Shown here piece after piece: positions 17,745 to 28,065 of a DNA stretch of 64,000 nucleotides (position 1 is its first letter; the number at the start of each line of letters is the position of its first letter). A program made the translations under genes and the position numbers. The DNA is from Phycisphaeraceae bacterium. Lineage in GTDB: Bacteria > Planctomycetota > Phycisphaerae > Phycisphaerales > Phycisphaeraceae. A model generated the notes under the pieces. The model was not told the DNA's origin and did not search any database. It saw only the letters and a program-made list of their open reading frames with translations. The stretch covers positions 1,184,001 to 1,248,000 of the forward strand of contig OY771506.1 of the NCBI GenBank assembly GCA_963674705.1, read 5' to 3'.

Positions 17745-19067
17745 ATGTCGATTGAGATCACCATGCCACGCCTCTCGGACACCATGGAAGAGGGAACGCT
17801 GGTCAAATGGCGGGTCAAACCCGGTGATGAGGTTGCCTCCGGAGACCACCTGGCGGACGTCGAGACCGATAAGGCGACGATGGAGCTTCAGGCGTTCGAT
17901 GATGGCAAGGTAGCGGCCTTGGCGGTCGAGGAAGGCGATACGGTGCCCGTCGGCAGCCCGATCCTGGTGCTGGCTGAGGACGGGGAATCCCTGGACGACG
18001 CGGCAGCGGCCTTGGATGGGGCGTCAGTAAGTTCTGGTGGGGACTCCGCCTCGGTTGCGGCGTCTGAAGGTGGCGTGGCAGTCGCGGACCCACCCCAAAC
18101 AGATACGGCGACCACCATCTCGGGCAGGCCGTCCGAATCGACCGGAAGCCGGCTGCGTGTCAGCCCGGTGGCGAGAAAGATCGCTGAAGAGCACGGTGTT
18201 GATGTGACCGTTCTGAAAGGCACGGGGCCTGACGGGCGGATCATCAAGCGGGACGTGCTGGCGGTGGTTGAGGGGCAATCAACTCAGGCCGCCGCCCCGG
18301 CGCCGACCCAGGCCGCTAAAGCGAAAGCCGCGACGACACCGAGCGTGCCCGTGGCAGCGGTCGGGATGGAAGCCAAGACGATCAATCTCACGAACATGCG
18401 TAAGACGATCGCCCGTCGGCTGGTCGAGTCCAAGACGACGGTCCCCCACTTCCAGGTCTCGATGTCCATCAACATGGATCCGTTGATGGATCTGCGTAAG
18501 ACGCTCAATGTTCAGCTCGAAGCTCAAGGTGTGAAGCTCTCGGTCAATGACTTCATTACCCGGGCGACGGCGCTGGCATGCCTGAGCCATCCGGCGGCCA
18601 ACAGCTCGTGGAACGGTGACACGATCATCCAGCACGGGACGGTGAATGTCGGTGTGGCGGTGTCGCTGCCGGAAGAACGCGGCGGCGGACTGGTGGTGCC
18701 GGTGATCCGCGATGCACAGAACAAGGGTCTGCGCCAGATCAGCGAAGAAACCAAGCGATTAGCCAAGAAGGCGCGTGAGACCGGCCTGAGCCCCGAGGAG
18801 ATGGCCGACGGCACGATTACGCTGAGCAACCTCGGGATGTATGGCGTGGATCAGTTCACCGCGATCATCAATCCACCGCAGTCTGTGATCCTGGCGGTAG
18901 GCGGCGCGATCGAGAAGCCGGTCGTGCGTGATGGTCAGATCGTGGTCGGCCACGTAATGAGCGCGACGCTTTCAGGCGACCACCGCGTGATAGACGGCGC
19001 CCAAGGCGCGGAATATCTCGCCAGCTTCAAGCAGTTGCTGGAAAACCCGGCGTCGTTGCTTGTGTAA
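17745..19067 (+). CDS. pdhC: Pyruvate dehydrogenase E2 dihydrolipoamide acetyltransferase
   Basis: Lipoyl ETDKA, E3-binding GTGPDGRI, catalytic DHRVIDG. Confidence 0.95.
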   Translation: MSIEITMPRLSDTMEEGTLVKWRVKPGDEVASGDHLADVETDKATMELQAFDDGKVAALAVEEGDTVPVGSPILVLAEDGESLDDAAAALDGASVSSGGDSASVAASEGGVAVADPPQTDTATTISGRPSESTGSRLRVSPVARKIAEEHGVDVTVLKGTGPDGRIIKRDVLAVVEGQSTQAAAPAPTQAAKAKAATTPSVPVAAVGMEAKTINLTNMRKTIARRLVESKTTVPHFQVSMSINMDPLMDLRKTLNVQLEAQGVKLSVNDFITRATALACLSHPAANSSWNGDTIIQHGTVNVGVAVSLPEERGGGLVVPVIRDAQNKGLRQISEETKRLAKKARETGLSPEEMADGTITLSNLGMYGVDQFTAIINPPQSVILAVGGAIEKPVVRDGQIVVGHVMSATLSGDHRVIDGAQGAEYLASFKQLLENPASLLV

Positions 19068-19097
19068 CACTTTCCGGACCTGCCGGACAGATCATTA

Positions 19098-19871
19098 TCA
19101 GGCCGCGGAATCGTGCTGGTTGATGACGCCGGCCGGTGCATGTTGCTTTTCGTCTCGCTCCAGTCGAAGTATGACGGGCGAGCCGAAGGCGTATGTGAGA
19201 CCCAAGGCGTGGCTGGTGGCCTCCATGGCGTGTGAGAGGCCGGGGCGCTTCAGTGCGCGGTGCACGACCATGGGCCAGAAGAACTGTCGCCGTCGACCAT
19301 GCGGGATAAAGCCGTGTGCTTTGGTGACGGCGCTGATCTGCCTTGTGGAGAAACACCGGTACCAGCGGGTATTGCCTTCGATCTTCTTTTTCAAGCCGAA
19401 GAGCAGTTTCTCAACGAAGTTCACACTGAACAACGTGGGGTAATCAATAATGACAGCGTGTCGGGCGACACGTGTGGCTTCTGCGAGGAAGCGCGGATAG
19501 TCCTCGACGTGAGCCATCAGCCGTAAGGCAATGACGGTGTCGAAAGACTGGTCCTCGTAAGGCAGGTTCAGCAGGTCGCCGGTGTGGAAGGTGAATCGCT
19601 GGTGGTCGAGGAACGGTGTAAGCCGGTGGGCGCAGCTTGGGTCGCTGCCCATCACGGTCAGGTTGTAGTCGTGATCCAATAGCGACCCGGCCAATTGTGC
19701 ATGGCCGCCGCCCAACTCGAGGATGTGTTTGCCCGGGCAGTCTTGCAGCAGGTTATGCACGGCCTTCCATTGGACATCCAGCAGCCAGGTACCGACGGGT
19801 CCGGTAAACCGACGGGCGTAGTCGTCGGTTGATGTTTCGATATCCGGGGTTTCTCGCTGGATCGTTTCCAA
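19098..19871 (-). CDS. Class I SAM-dependent methyltransferase
   Basis: ILELGGGHA motif I; LPYEDQSFD. Confidence 0.85.
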   Translation of the reverse strand: METIQRETPDIETSTDDYARRFTGPVGTWLLDVQWKAVHNLLQDCPGKHILELGGGHAQLAGSLLDHDYNLTVMGSDPSCAHRLTPFLDHQRFTFHTGDLLNLPYEDQSFDTVIALRLMAHVEDYPRFLAEATRVARHAVIIDYPTLFSVNFVEKLLFGLKKKIEGNTRWYRCFSTRQISAVTKAHGFIPHGRRRQFFWPMVVHRALKRPGLSHAMEATSHALGLTYAFGSPVILRLERDEKQHAPAGVINQHDSAA

Positions 19872-19977
19872 GGTTATTTCTCGTAGCCGGCCGGCGTTGT
19901 ATGCGATCGGTGGTTTGTCGGCTGGTTCATATCATCATAGCACACGCACCAGTCAAGCCGCCAAGAAATATATCGCG

Positions 19978-21510
19978 TCATGAAGCCTTGGACATGCTCG
20001 GGTATTGGGTGAATGTAACTTGCCCGTTGGCGGCACGTTTGCTGATGTACATGGCTTCATCTGCTGCGGCGATCAGGTCGTTGATCAGGGTTTGTTTACC
20101 GGGGTTGTTACAGATCGTGGCCCCGATGCTCAGGCGGAGTGTGGCTTGTCTGTTTTGGCCCAGGTGCACAGTTTTACCGTTGCATGCCGCGGCAACACGC
20201 TCGATGATGTTTCTTGCTGTTTCTTCGTCAACGTTAAGCTGAAGGATGGCGAACTCGTCACCCCCAAGCCGACCGAACAGGTCGCTGGAGTCGATGTTGT
20301 TCCGGATCTGCTTGGCGACTTCTATAAGCATAATGTCGCCGGCGTCGTGGCCGAGTGTATCGTTGATGGCTTTGAAGCCGTCCAGGTCGATCATGACCGC
20401 ACAGATTGGCAGGCAACGTTCCGTGGCGGTATGTATCCGGCGTTCACCGAGGCGGTTGAAGCCGCGCCGGTTGAGCACCTGGGTCAGCGGATCGGTCATC
20501 GCCTCGAACTGCAAGGCGTGCAGTTGTTCGTGCTTACGGGTCAGTTGGGCTTCCAACTCACAAAGCTGGTGGACCATGCTGGCGGTGTCTACTTCAAGTT
20601 CATAAAGCATGCGCTGCCGGGTTGCCTCATCGATCCGGACCGAGGGGGCGGCGCCGTGAACTTCACGGGCCTGTTTCACAGCCTGCTTGATCATCTGTTC
20701 GGGGGAATCGAACATGGTGTCGAGGAACTGGCTGTGCGTTGCGGTCAACCATTCCATGCGATCCGGCGTCATGGTTTCGCAGTTGTGAGGCAGCATTCCC
20801 GCGATAAGGTTGCCCAGGTTAGAACCGGAGTAATCGTTCTGCGACAGCAACGGCTGATGATGGTTGAGTACCTCTTCGCATATCAGTGGAGATGCGTTCC
20901 ATGATTGCAACAGGTGATTGGCTGCCTGGGCGTGGTCAATGCCGAAGTGTTCCTGCTCGCGGATCGACAGCGGGTTCTGGTGGCGGTGATTCACACTCAC
21001 TTGCTCGTAGAACTGTGGATCGATTGCCACCAAAGCGGTGAGCCCGATGTCCTGGATCAATCCGAGCGTGTATGCGCGGTCGGCTTCCCGGGGATCGACT
21101 GCTTCGGCGACGAGTTTGGCGAGGTGTGCCTTTTCGAGGCTGTTGATCCATATCCGGTGCGCGACCTCCAGGTCGATCCCGCTGTCTTTGGAGAGCATAT
21201 GCAACCCGAAAGCCATCGCAATCGAACGGGCACGGCCTGCGCCCATGTGCAGGACAGCGCGACGGATATCGCTGATCTCACCGACCACCCCGATCGCAGC
21301 CGAATTGGTTACGCTCAGCACACGCGCGGACAACGTTGAGGATTGCATCAGGGCCTGCGTGACACGCTCGGGGTTGTCCGGTGGCGCCTCAAGCAGTGTC
21401 AGCAGCGGCCCGGGTTGGACATCCAGCCGATCCAGGCGCTGCAACGTCGAACACGCCAGGTTCCGCGGGTTGTCCGGGCTGCGGTCAGATTCGCTCTCGC
21501 GATTTTCCAT
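19978..21510 (-). CDS. HDOD + GGDEF diguanylate cyclase
   Basis: HDOD-like N-terminal half; TDPLTQVLNRR, IDLDGFK.IND..GH, intact GGDEF. Confidence 0.9.
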   Translation of the reverse strand: MENRESESDRSPDNPRNLACSTLQRLDRLDVQPGPLLTLLEAPPDNPERVTQALMQSSTLSARVLSVTNSAAIGVVGEISDIRRAVLHMGAGRARSIAMAFGLHMLSKDSGIDLEVAHRIWINSLEKAHLAKLVAEAVDPREADRAYTLGLIQDIGLTALVAIDPQFYEQVSVNHRHQNPLSIREQEHFGIDHAQAANHLLQSWNASPLICEEVLNHHQPLLSQNDYSGSNLGNLIAGMLPHNCETMTPDRMEWLTATHSQFLDTMFDSPEQMIKQAVKQAREVHGAAPSVRIDEATRQRMLYELEVDTASMVHQLCELEAQLTRKHEQLHALQFEAMTDPLTQVLNRRGFNRLGERRIHTATERCLPICAVMIDLDGFKAINDTLGHDAGDIMLIEVAKQIRNNIDSSDLFGRLGGDEFAILQLNVDEETARNIIERVAAACNGKTVHLGQNRQATLRLSIGATICNNPGKQTLINDLIAAADEAMYISKRAANGQVTFTQYPSMSKAS

Positions 21511-21626
21511 GATGTTTTTACACAAATCCTGTGTCAATGGCGGGCATGAAATACATTGCCCTATCTGCCTATGAATCGACAAGATAGCTTTGTAAATGAA
21601 GTAATTACCCGGATATTCCCGCCCGA

Positions 21627-22343
21627 TTAAGTGCCTTCTTGGGCGTGTTCTCGGGCCCTGAGCAGGACGCTGTACAGCATATCGGACGTGAGTCGGCCGG
21701 TGAATGTGTTTTGTTGGCTGGGGTGGTAGCAACAGCCCAAAAGCGGCGCGTTATCGAACCTGTACCAGGTATCGTGGCCAAAGGGGTATTGATTGATCTT
21801 CTGGAGGTGTCCAAGCCTCTGGTAAATCCCAAGCACCGAGCGGTGTGCGATGCCCCCCAGCGAGAGTACGACCCGGAGTTGAGTTAGTGCCTTAAACGTT
21901 CTGTCCAGGTACTCACTACAGTTGTGAAGCTCCTGATTGGTGGGTTTGTTATCCGGCGGAGCGCAGTGGCCTGCTGCGGTGATGACCGTATCGATCAGCT
22001 CAAGTCCGTCGCCCTGACCCGTTGATTCTGCCCGGTTAGAGAATCCTGCCCGGTGCATCGCGCTGAAGAGAAAGTCCCCCGAGCGGTCGCCGGTGAACAT
22101 CCGCCCGGTCCGGTTAGCTCCCTGCGCGCCCGGAGACAAGCCCACGATCAAAAGCCTGGCAGATCCGGGGTCATCTGAATCAGAGGGCAGGAAGTTGGGT
22201 ACGGGCTTGCCCCAATATGTTTGGTTTTTGTACCTGGCGGTCTTCTGTTTGGCGACACGTTGGCAGTGTTCAACCAGGCGTGGGCAGCGCCGACAGCGTG
22301 TGATGGCGTTATTTAGCACGATCAGTGGTGGTCTGCGTGACAT
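21627..22343 (-). CDS. Uracil-DNA glycosylase, family 5 type
   Basis: CRRCPRL, GLSPGAQGANRTGRMFTGD, HCAPPDNKP, YHPSQQNT. Confidence 0.9.
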   Translation of the reverse strand: MSRRPPLIVLNNAITRCRRCPRLVEHCQRVAKQKTARYKNQTYWGKPVPNFLPSDSDDPGSARLLIVGLSPGAQGANRTGRMFTGDRSGDFLFSAMHRAGFSNRAESTGQGDGLELIDTVITAAGHCAPPDNKPTNQELHNCSEYLDRTFKALTQLRVVLSLGGIAHRSVLGIYQRLGHLQKINQYPFGHDTWYRFDNAPLLGCCYHPSQQNTFTGRLTSDMLYSVLLRAREHAQEGT

Positions 22344-22481
22344 ATGGGGATTTTAACGAGGGTTCGTGTCTTGCTGGTTGCGCAATGTATGACTCCCGCC
22401 AGAGTGTTCAGGCGGACGATTATCGGTAATCCATCTCATCCGAGCTCATGAAGTCGCCGAAGTTACCCGCAGCAATCCTAT

Positions 22482-23222
22482 TTGGGGATCGTTATGCGCT
22501 GGTTGATTAACTGTATGACATGTGTGATGGTCGCCGTGATCGTGGTCGCGGCGATCGGCCATCAGCGCGCGATCAAGCACGACGAACTGAAAATGCGGAC
22601 CGTTCACCACGGCCTGGATCAGTTTGGTGAACAGCTTGCGCTGCAGGGGGTGCTCTGGCAGAGCGAGAATGAAGAGGCCGGGGCGTATCCGCCGCAAGTC
22701 ATGCCCGAATGGTTCAACCAGAACGTGCCTAACAACCCGTTCCTTTCCGAGGATCGGCCCTGGATCGATATCGCGCCGGCCGACGACTACAACGAACACC
22801 CGCCGGACCCCCTGGTTGACGCTGGTAACCAGGCTGCGTTCTGGTACAACCCGAACAACGGCATCGTCCGCGCCCGTGTGCCGAGGCAGGTTTCCGACCG
22901 GTTGACGCTGTCGCTGTATAACTCGATCAATCACACCGGGCTGTCTGCACTGCCGCACGACAATGATCCTGACCGTGTGCCGTTGGCGTTCAACCCCAAC
23001 CCGGTGACGACCGGCCGACATGCCAGCCCCTACAAGCTGATCACCGGCAGAGTGACGGCGATGGATTCCGAAGCTGCCCCCGATGACGCCGAATCATCTG
23101 CTGCTAAGCAGGACCAAGTGCCTTGGTATGAGAAACGGGTCGTGCCTGAAGAGCCTGTCGAGACGGTGACCGAGGTCGAGACGGAATCTGATCAGAAGCG
23201 GCCCTCGCTTCTGGGCCAGTAG
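22482..23222 (+). CDS. Hypothetical protein with N-terminal TM helix (pseudopilin-like)
   Basis: Hydrophobic N-terminus, YPP..PNNPF..WYNPNNG; start uncertain. Confidence 0.6.
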   Translation: MGIVMRWLINCMTCVMVAVIVVAAIGHQRAIKHDELKMRTVHHGLDQFGEQLALQGVLWQSENEEAGAYPPQVMPEWFNQNVPNNPFLSEDRPWIDIAPADDYNEHPPDPLVDAGNQAAFWYNPNNGIVRARVPRQVSDRLTLSLYNSINHTGLSALPHDNDPDRVPLAFNPNPVTTGRHASPYKLITGRVTAMDSEAAPDDAESSAAKQDQVPWYEKRVVPEEPVETVTEVETESDQKRPSLLGQ

Positions 23223-23263
23223 CTTTCAGCCGCTGCCTTCGTTCTCTCGCTACAATCGGGGGT

Positions 23264-24490
23264 ATGACCCAGATTTATCACGAACAGCTATCCAACGGTC
23301 TGTGGCTGGTTGCTGAACCCAGCACCTCGGCCCAGTCGTTATCGATGACGTTGTTGACACCCGCCGGGGTCGCCAGTGAGCCCGAGGGGTCCCAAGGCGC
23401 CTCCGCCCTGCTCGAAGAGATGATCACCCGCGGCGCAGGTGGGCTTGATGCACGGGCCCACAGCGAGGCGTTGGATCAACTCGGTATTCAGCGGGGGACC
23501 AATGTCGAAACCCGTCACCTTCGACTAAGCGCCACCATGATCGCGGAGAAGCTCGACAAGGCGCTGCCATTGTTACTGAACATGGTGACCGCTCCGAATT
23601 TGTCGGATGCGTCTCTGGAACCGAGCCGGGACCTGGCGCTTCAGGCGATCCAGTCGTTGAATGATGAACCGCAGCAACAGGTCATGTTAAAACTACGCAG
23701 CCAGCACCACCCCGCGCCGCTCGGGCGATCACCCTATGGCACGGAGGCCGGGGTCAAACAAGTTACGGCTGACGGCCTGCGTGAATTCTGGCGCACGACC
23801 TGCGTGCCCGATGGCTCGATCCTGAGTTTTGCCGGCAAACTCGACTGGCCTAAGCTGCGAGATCTTGTCAATCAGCATGTCGACGGCTGGCAAGGCAAAC
23901 ACGAAGAGTTACAGTCGGCCGATAGCGGTCCGCGTGGTTACGCCCACGACAAAGCGGAGACCGCGCAGGTGCATATCGCACTGGCATACGACGCGGTACC
24001 CGAGCCGAATGAAAACAGCATCCTCCAGCGTGCGGCGGTGGCGGCGCTTTCCGGCGGGATGTCGGGGCGGCTTTTCACTGAGGTGCGCGAAAAACGCGGG
24101 CTGTGTTACTCGGTGTACGCCACCTATGCGGCGGGCAAGGACCGCGGTGCAGTGTTTGGTTATGCCGGCACGACCACACCACGTGCACAGGAGACGCTGG
24201 ATGTGATGGCCGGCGAACTACGTCGACTCAGCAAAGGCATCGACCAGAGTGAATTTGAACGCTCGATCGTCGGCATGAAGTCGCACCTTGTCATGCAAGG
24301 TGAATCAACCGGAGCGCGGGCCGGGGCAATCGCGGTAGATCAGTATGTGCTTGGTCGGCCGCGCACACTGGATGAACTGGCCGAACGCGTTGACAAGGTG
24401 ACACTGGAAGCACTCAACAACTTCTTGCACGAACAACCGCCGGGAGATTTTACGATAGCTACGATTGGACCGGAAGAATTGAAGGTGTAA
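23264..24490 (+). CDS. M16 (pitrilysin) family peptidase, non-catalytic subunit
   Basis: GMSGRLFTEVREKRGLCYSV; HXXEH replaced by ALLEE. Confidence 0.88.
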   Translation: MTQIYHEQLSNGLWLVAEPSTSAQSLSMTLLTPAGVASEPEGSQGASALLEEMITRGAGGLDARAHSEALDQLGIQRGTNVETRHLRLSATMIAEKLDKALPLLLNMVTAPNLSDASLEPSRDLALQAIQSLNDEPQQQVMLKLRSQHHPAPLGRSPYGTEAGVKQVTADGLREFWRTTCVPDGSILSFAGKLDWPKLRDLVNQHVDGWQGKHEELQSADSGPRGYAHDKAETAQVHIALAYDAVPEPNENSILQRAAVAALSGGMSGRLFTEVREKRGLCYSVYATYAAGKDRGAVFGYAGTTTPRAQETLDVMAGELRRLSKGIDQSEFERSIVGMKSHLVMQGESTGARAGAIAVDQYVLGRPRTLDELAERVDKVTLEALNNFLHEQPPGDFTIATIGPEELKV

Positions 24491-24528
24491 GAAAGGTTTT
24501 TGGTTATGCAACATACAGTGGGTGCAGT

Positions 24529-24728
24529 GATTTGAGATTAGCGATTTGCGATGCATGATTAAGAGACCCGGCCCTTCGCTTCGCTCAGAACCGGCGTTGG
24601 GAAGACCAAGCCATTAGCCTTTAGCTATTAGCCATTAGCACAAATCCTAAATCATCAATCCGAAATCATAAATACAATTCCCTACACCCTACACCCTACA
24701 CCCTACACCCTACACCCTACACCCTACC
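24529..24728. repeat. Stack of heptamer arrays plus a 30-bp repeated element
   Basis: GATTTGN array 24529-24560; element 24567-24596; GCCATTA array 24610-24639; AAATCNN array 24642-24673; CCCTACA x6 + CCCTACC 24680-24728 abutting ATG. Confidence 0.9.
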
Positions 24729-25370
24729 ATGCGCCTTCTCATCACAGCAGGACCTACCCGTGAACCGATCGATGCGGTGCGATTTATCAGTAACCGTTCG
24801 AGTGGGAAGATGGGGATCGCGATCGCAGAGGCGGCGGCGGATGCGGGCCATGATGTGACACTGTTACTCGGTCCCGTGCCGGTGCTTGATTCACTGTATG
24901 AGCGGATGCGGATCTACCGTTTCGGCTCATCGGCTGAATTGAAGCAGTTACTCGAAGCACACTTCCCGGATTGTGAGTTGCTGGTGATGGCGGCGGCGGT
25001 GGCGGATTACCGCGTGCAGCAGGTAACGGACGGCAAGATCAAACGCGAATCCAAAGCCGGCGGTGACAAGGATCTGACACTGCGATTGCAGCCAACGCCC
25101 GACCTGGTTGCAGCGGTGGCATCAACACGGCGGCCGGAACAAAAGATTGTTGCATTCGCGCTGGAAGAGCCCGGGGAACTCGAACAGCGCGCGGTAGCAA
25201 AAATGAAACGCAAGGGTGTCAACGCCATTGTCGCAAATCCCCTGGGCACCATGGACGGGGACCATATCACGCCATTATGGCTGACCGCGGACGGCGGACG
25301 TACCGAACCGGGTTCGATGCCCAAACCAGAATTCGCACGCTGGCTGGTAGAGCGGTTGGCCGCGTTATAG
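24729..25370 (+). CDS. coaB: Phosphopantothenate--cysteine ligase (CoaB domain only)
   Basis: [37 protein letters not shown]. Confidence 0.88.
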   Translation: MRLLITAGPTREPIDAVRFISNRSSGKMGIAIAEAAADAGHDVTLLLGPVPVLDSLYERMRIYRFGSSAELKQLLEAHFPDCELLVMAAAVADYRVQQVTDGKIKRESKAGGDKDLTLRLQPTPDLVAAVASTRRPEQKIVAFALEEPGELEQRAVAKMKRKGVNAIVANPLGTMDGDHITPLWLTADGGRTEPGSMPKPEFARWLVERLAAL

Positions 25371-25502
25371 TGCACTGCGATTGTGCAGTTTACACACGTA
25401 TTTAGCCGATTTTTCTTGAAGACGTGTCCCCGATGGGATACGCTTTAGTAGTTGGATTATTCGGGGGTGTGATGCCTCATTTCTATCAGGTGGGCCGACA
25501 AC

Positions 25503-26825
25503 ATGATGAACACCCATGTCGTACCTTGTCCGGCGTGTCAAACCCCGCTTAACGTCCCGCCCAGTGCGGGCGGCCGACGGGCCCGATGCCCCGCGTGCGG
25601 AGATCGTTTCATCATCCCGACGCGCACCGACCTGCTTGAAGACACCGTTTCGGGCTGGATCGAGCAGGATGTGGATGATGTGATCGATCACCGTGATCGC
25701 GAGTCAGATGAGCGGCAAGCCGAGATGCGGGCACAGGCTGCGGTCAAGGAAAAAGCGGAGCAAGCAAAGAATACCGAAACACTTGAGGAAGTCCCTTCCG
25801 GCGAGACGATCGTCGGCGTGCCGTTTGAACGACAGGAGAAACCTGTCTTGCAACCGCGCCCTGTTCCCGCGGCGCCTCGTCCAAGCATCAAGCCGACACA
25901 CATACACGATGAAGAGGATGAAGAAAGCGAATATCCACGCAACCTGCGCACGGACCCGAAGAGCCCGCACCTGGTCGTGCTCAAGTGCGGTAGCACTGGC
26001 GTGCGTTTTGCATTCGATGCCAAATGGCTTTCGCATGAAGGATTCCGCTCGTCGATGCCGACGCGCTGCGTTTATTCGGGTATTGCGGAACGCGCCAAGC
26101 TGATCTCCCGGCCGTTCGTGTTTGTCGATCGAACGCGGGGCGGAACGATCGATGCCGCTGAGATCAGTTCACATCACGACATCCGAAGCCTTGGCGATGC
26201 GGGACCAAGACAGATCATGCAGATGATGGGCACGATTGAGGGGATGCCCAATCCATTCCTGTACACGATGCCATACTACATCAGCACGCGCTACGCCAAC
26301 AAGATCGTGCACTGCATGACGCGGGATCGACCCAGCGGTGGGATTACCTGCGAGGTTGTGATCCCCGATGCGGTTTGTGCGCTCGAGTGGCTTTCGCGCG
26401 TCAATGGCGTATGTGGCAAGGAATACGAACTGCTTGAACGCGACACGTCTCTGTTGCATGGCGACAGATTCCAGGAGTTGTCGGAGATATGTCGGTCGCG
26501 CATCCAGAGTTGGTGCAAGCTGAGGCCACACGAGGTGTTTCAGGAGTATCTCAGTGATGCGGACTTCGGCCGGCTGGACGAGGGGCTTGCCGGTGTGATC
26601 ATCACCGATCAGCGTGTGGTCTATTGCAAGTACCACCACCGCGGCCAGGTCCGCCTGGACAGCGAGGAGGCAATGATCGTCATCAAGCCCGACGGCCGGT
26701 TCTACAGCCTGTCACTCGAGACCGGCAGCGAACGGGCCCGCATGTGTAAGCTGCATAAGGCGGACATCCCCAAGCTGGAGACAGCAATCGGCAAAGACGC
26801 TGCGTTGAAGGTTTTAGTGCGATAG
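25503..26825 (+). CDS. Zinc-ribbon domain hypothetical protein
   Basis: N-terminal CPAC..CPAC; 440-aa ORF. Confidence 0.75.
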   Translation: MMNTHVVPCPACQTPLNVPPSAGGRRARCPACGDRFIIPTRTDLLEDTVSGWIEQDVDDVIDHRDRESDERQAEMRAQAAVKEKAEQAKNTETLEEVPSGETIVGVPFERQEKPVLQPRPVPAAPRPSIKPTHIHDEEDEESEYPRNLRTDPKSPHLVVLKCGSTGVRFAFDAKWLSHEGFRSSMPTRCVYSGIAERAKLISRPFVFVDRTRGGTIDAAEISSHHDIRSLGDAGPRQIMQMMGTIEGMPNPFLYTMPYYISTRYANKIVHCMTRDRPSGGITCEVVIPDAVCALEWLSRVNGVCGKEYELLERDTSLLHGDRFQELSEICRSRIQSWCKLRPHEVFQEYLSDADFGRLDEGLAGVIITDQRVVYCKYHHRGQVRLDSEEAMIVIKPDGRFYSLSLETGSERARMCKLHKADIPKLETAIGKDAALKVLVR

Positions 26826-27025
26826 CAGTATGAGGCGAGTCATTGTTTCGAACGCGCAGGCTGGCAGCCTGCGGCTGTTACTTTTTATTGTTCTTCTTCA
26901 ACTTCTACGCTTCGGCACATCATGCCGGCCGGCTCGACTTGCGTTTCCCGTACGCGCCCGCCTACTCTATCCGGGTATCCAGATGTCTCGATCTCATTTT
27001 TCTAGGTTGCGTGAAGGAGCTTGAC

Positions 27026-27964
27026 GTGCGACGAACTCTCACCTCTCTATCGGCAGTCTGTCTGATCATCATCGCGGCGGTTACCCAACAGGCCTTGGCA
27101 CAGACGATGCCATCGGTCAACCTCGGGTTTACAAGCTTCCTGGACGGCGGCCCGCCGGCCGGACCGGGTATCTACTACCAGCAGTACGCTCAGTACTTCT
27201 CATCCGACACGTTCCGCGACGCGGATGGAAATGAACTGGATTACGATGTAGATGTTTTCGTGAGTTTGAACCAGTTCATCTATCAGTCCGATCAGCCTAT
27301 CTTCATGGATGGCAAGTGGGGTATCGATCTGATCGTCCCCGTGGTGCACCTGGACGGCGAAGGCACGTTGCCGCCACTGCGCGACAACGGCACGGGCCTC
27401 GGTGACCTGCTCGTTGGCCCGTTCATCCAGTGGGACCCGATCATGGGCGACAACGGCCCGGTCTTTATGCACCGCTTCGAGTTCCAGATCATCATGCCGA
27501 CCGGTAAGTATGATGCCGACCACGAACTCAATCCCGGATCGAATCACTTCTCGTTGAATCCGTACTGGGCCTGCACCTGGTTCTTCGCACCGGGATGGAC
27601 TACTTCGGCGCGTATCCACTACCTATACAACTTCGAGAACGACGACCCGAGCAATCGGTTGTATCCCACGGCCGATGACGTGCAGGCCGGCCAGGCGATC
27701 CACGCCAACTTTGCCGTGGCGTACGAACTGATCGAGAAGAAACTCCGCGTCGGTCTGAACGGTTACTACCTCGAACAGATCACTAAGAGCAAAGTCGATG
27801 GCTCCAAGATCGATGCGGAGGAAAGAGTGCTAGGCCTGGGCCCCGGCGCCGTCTGGCACATCTCGCAGGATGACCACCTGTTCTTCAACCTGTACTTCGA
27901 GACCGAAGCAGAGAACCGTCCGGAAGGCACGCGTGCCCAGATCCGCTGGACACACCACTTCTGA
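27026..27964 (+). CDS. SphA / MetA-pathway (phenol degradation-like) outer membrane barrel
   Basis: AAGGAG + GTG start, signal peptide, [17 protein letters not shown], terminal Phe. Confidence 0.8.
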   Translation: MRRTLTSLSAVCLIIIAAVTQQALAQTMPSVNLGFTSFLDGGPPAGPGIYYQQYAQYFSSDTFRDADGNELDYDVDVFVSLNQFIYQSDQPIFMDGKWGIDLIVPVVHLDGEGTLPPLRDNGTGLGDLLVGPFIQWDPIMGDNGPVFMHRFEFQIIMPTGKYDADHELNPGSNHFSLNPYWACTWFFAPGWTTSARIHYLYNFENDDPSNRLYPTADDVQAGQAIHANFAVAYELIEKKLRVGLNGYYLEQITKSKVDGSKIDAEERVLGLGPGAVWHISQDDHLFFNLYFETEAENRPEGTRAQIRWTHHF

Positions 27965-28009
27965 TCCCAGGGCAGGCACCCCCGCCGACCGGCACCCCTA
28001 CTATTTACC

Positions 28010-28042
28010 GAAGCCCACGTTCATCGAACGTGGGCTTCTTTG
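28010..28042. terminator. Hairpin terminator between convergent genes
   Basis: GAAGCCCACGTTC-ATC-GAACGTGGGCTTC followed by TTT. Confidence 0.8.
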
Positions 28043-28065
28043 TTCATGAGTGAGTGAATACGGAA

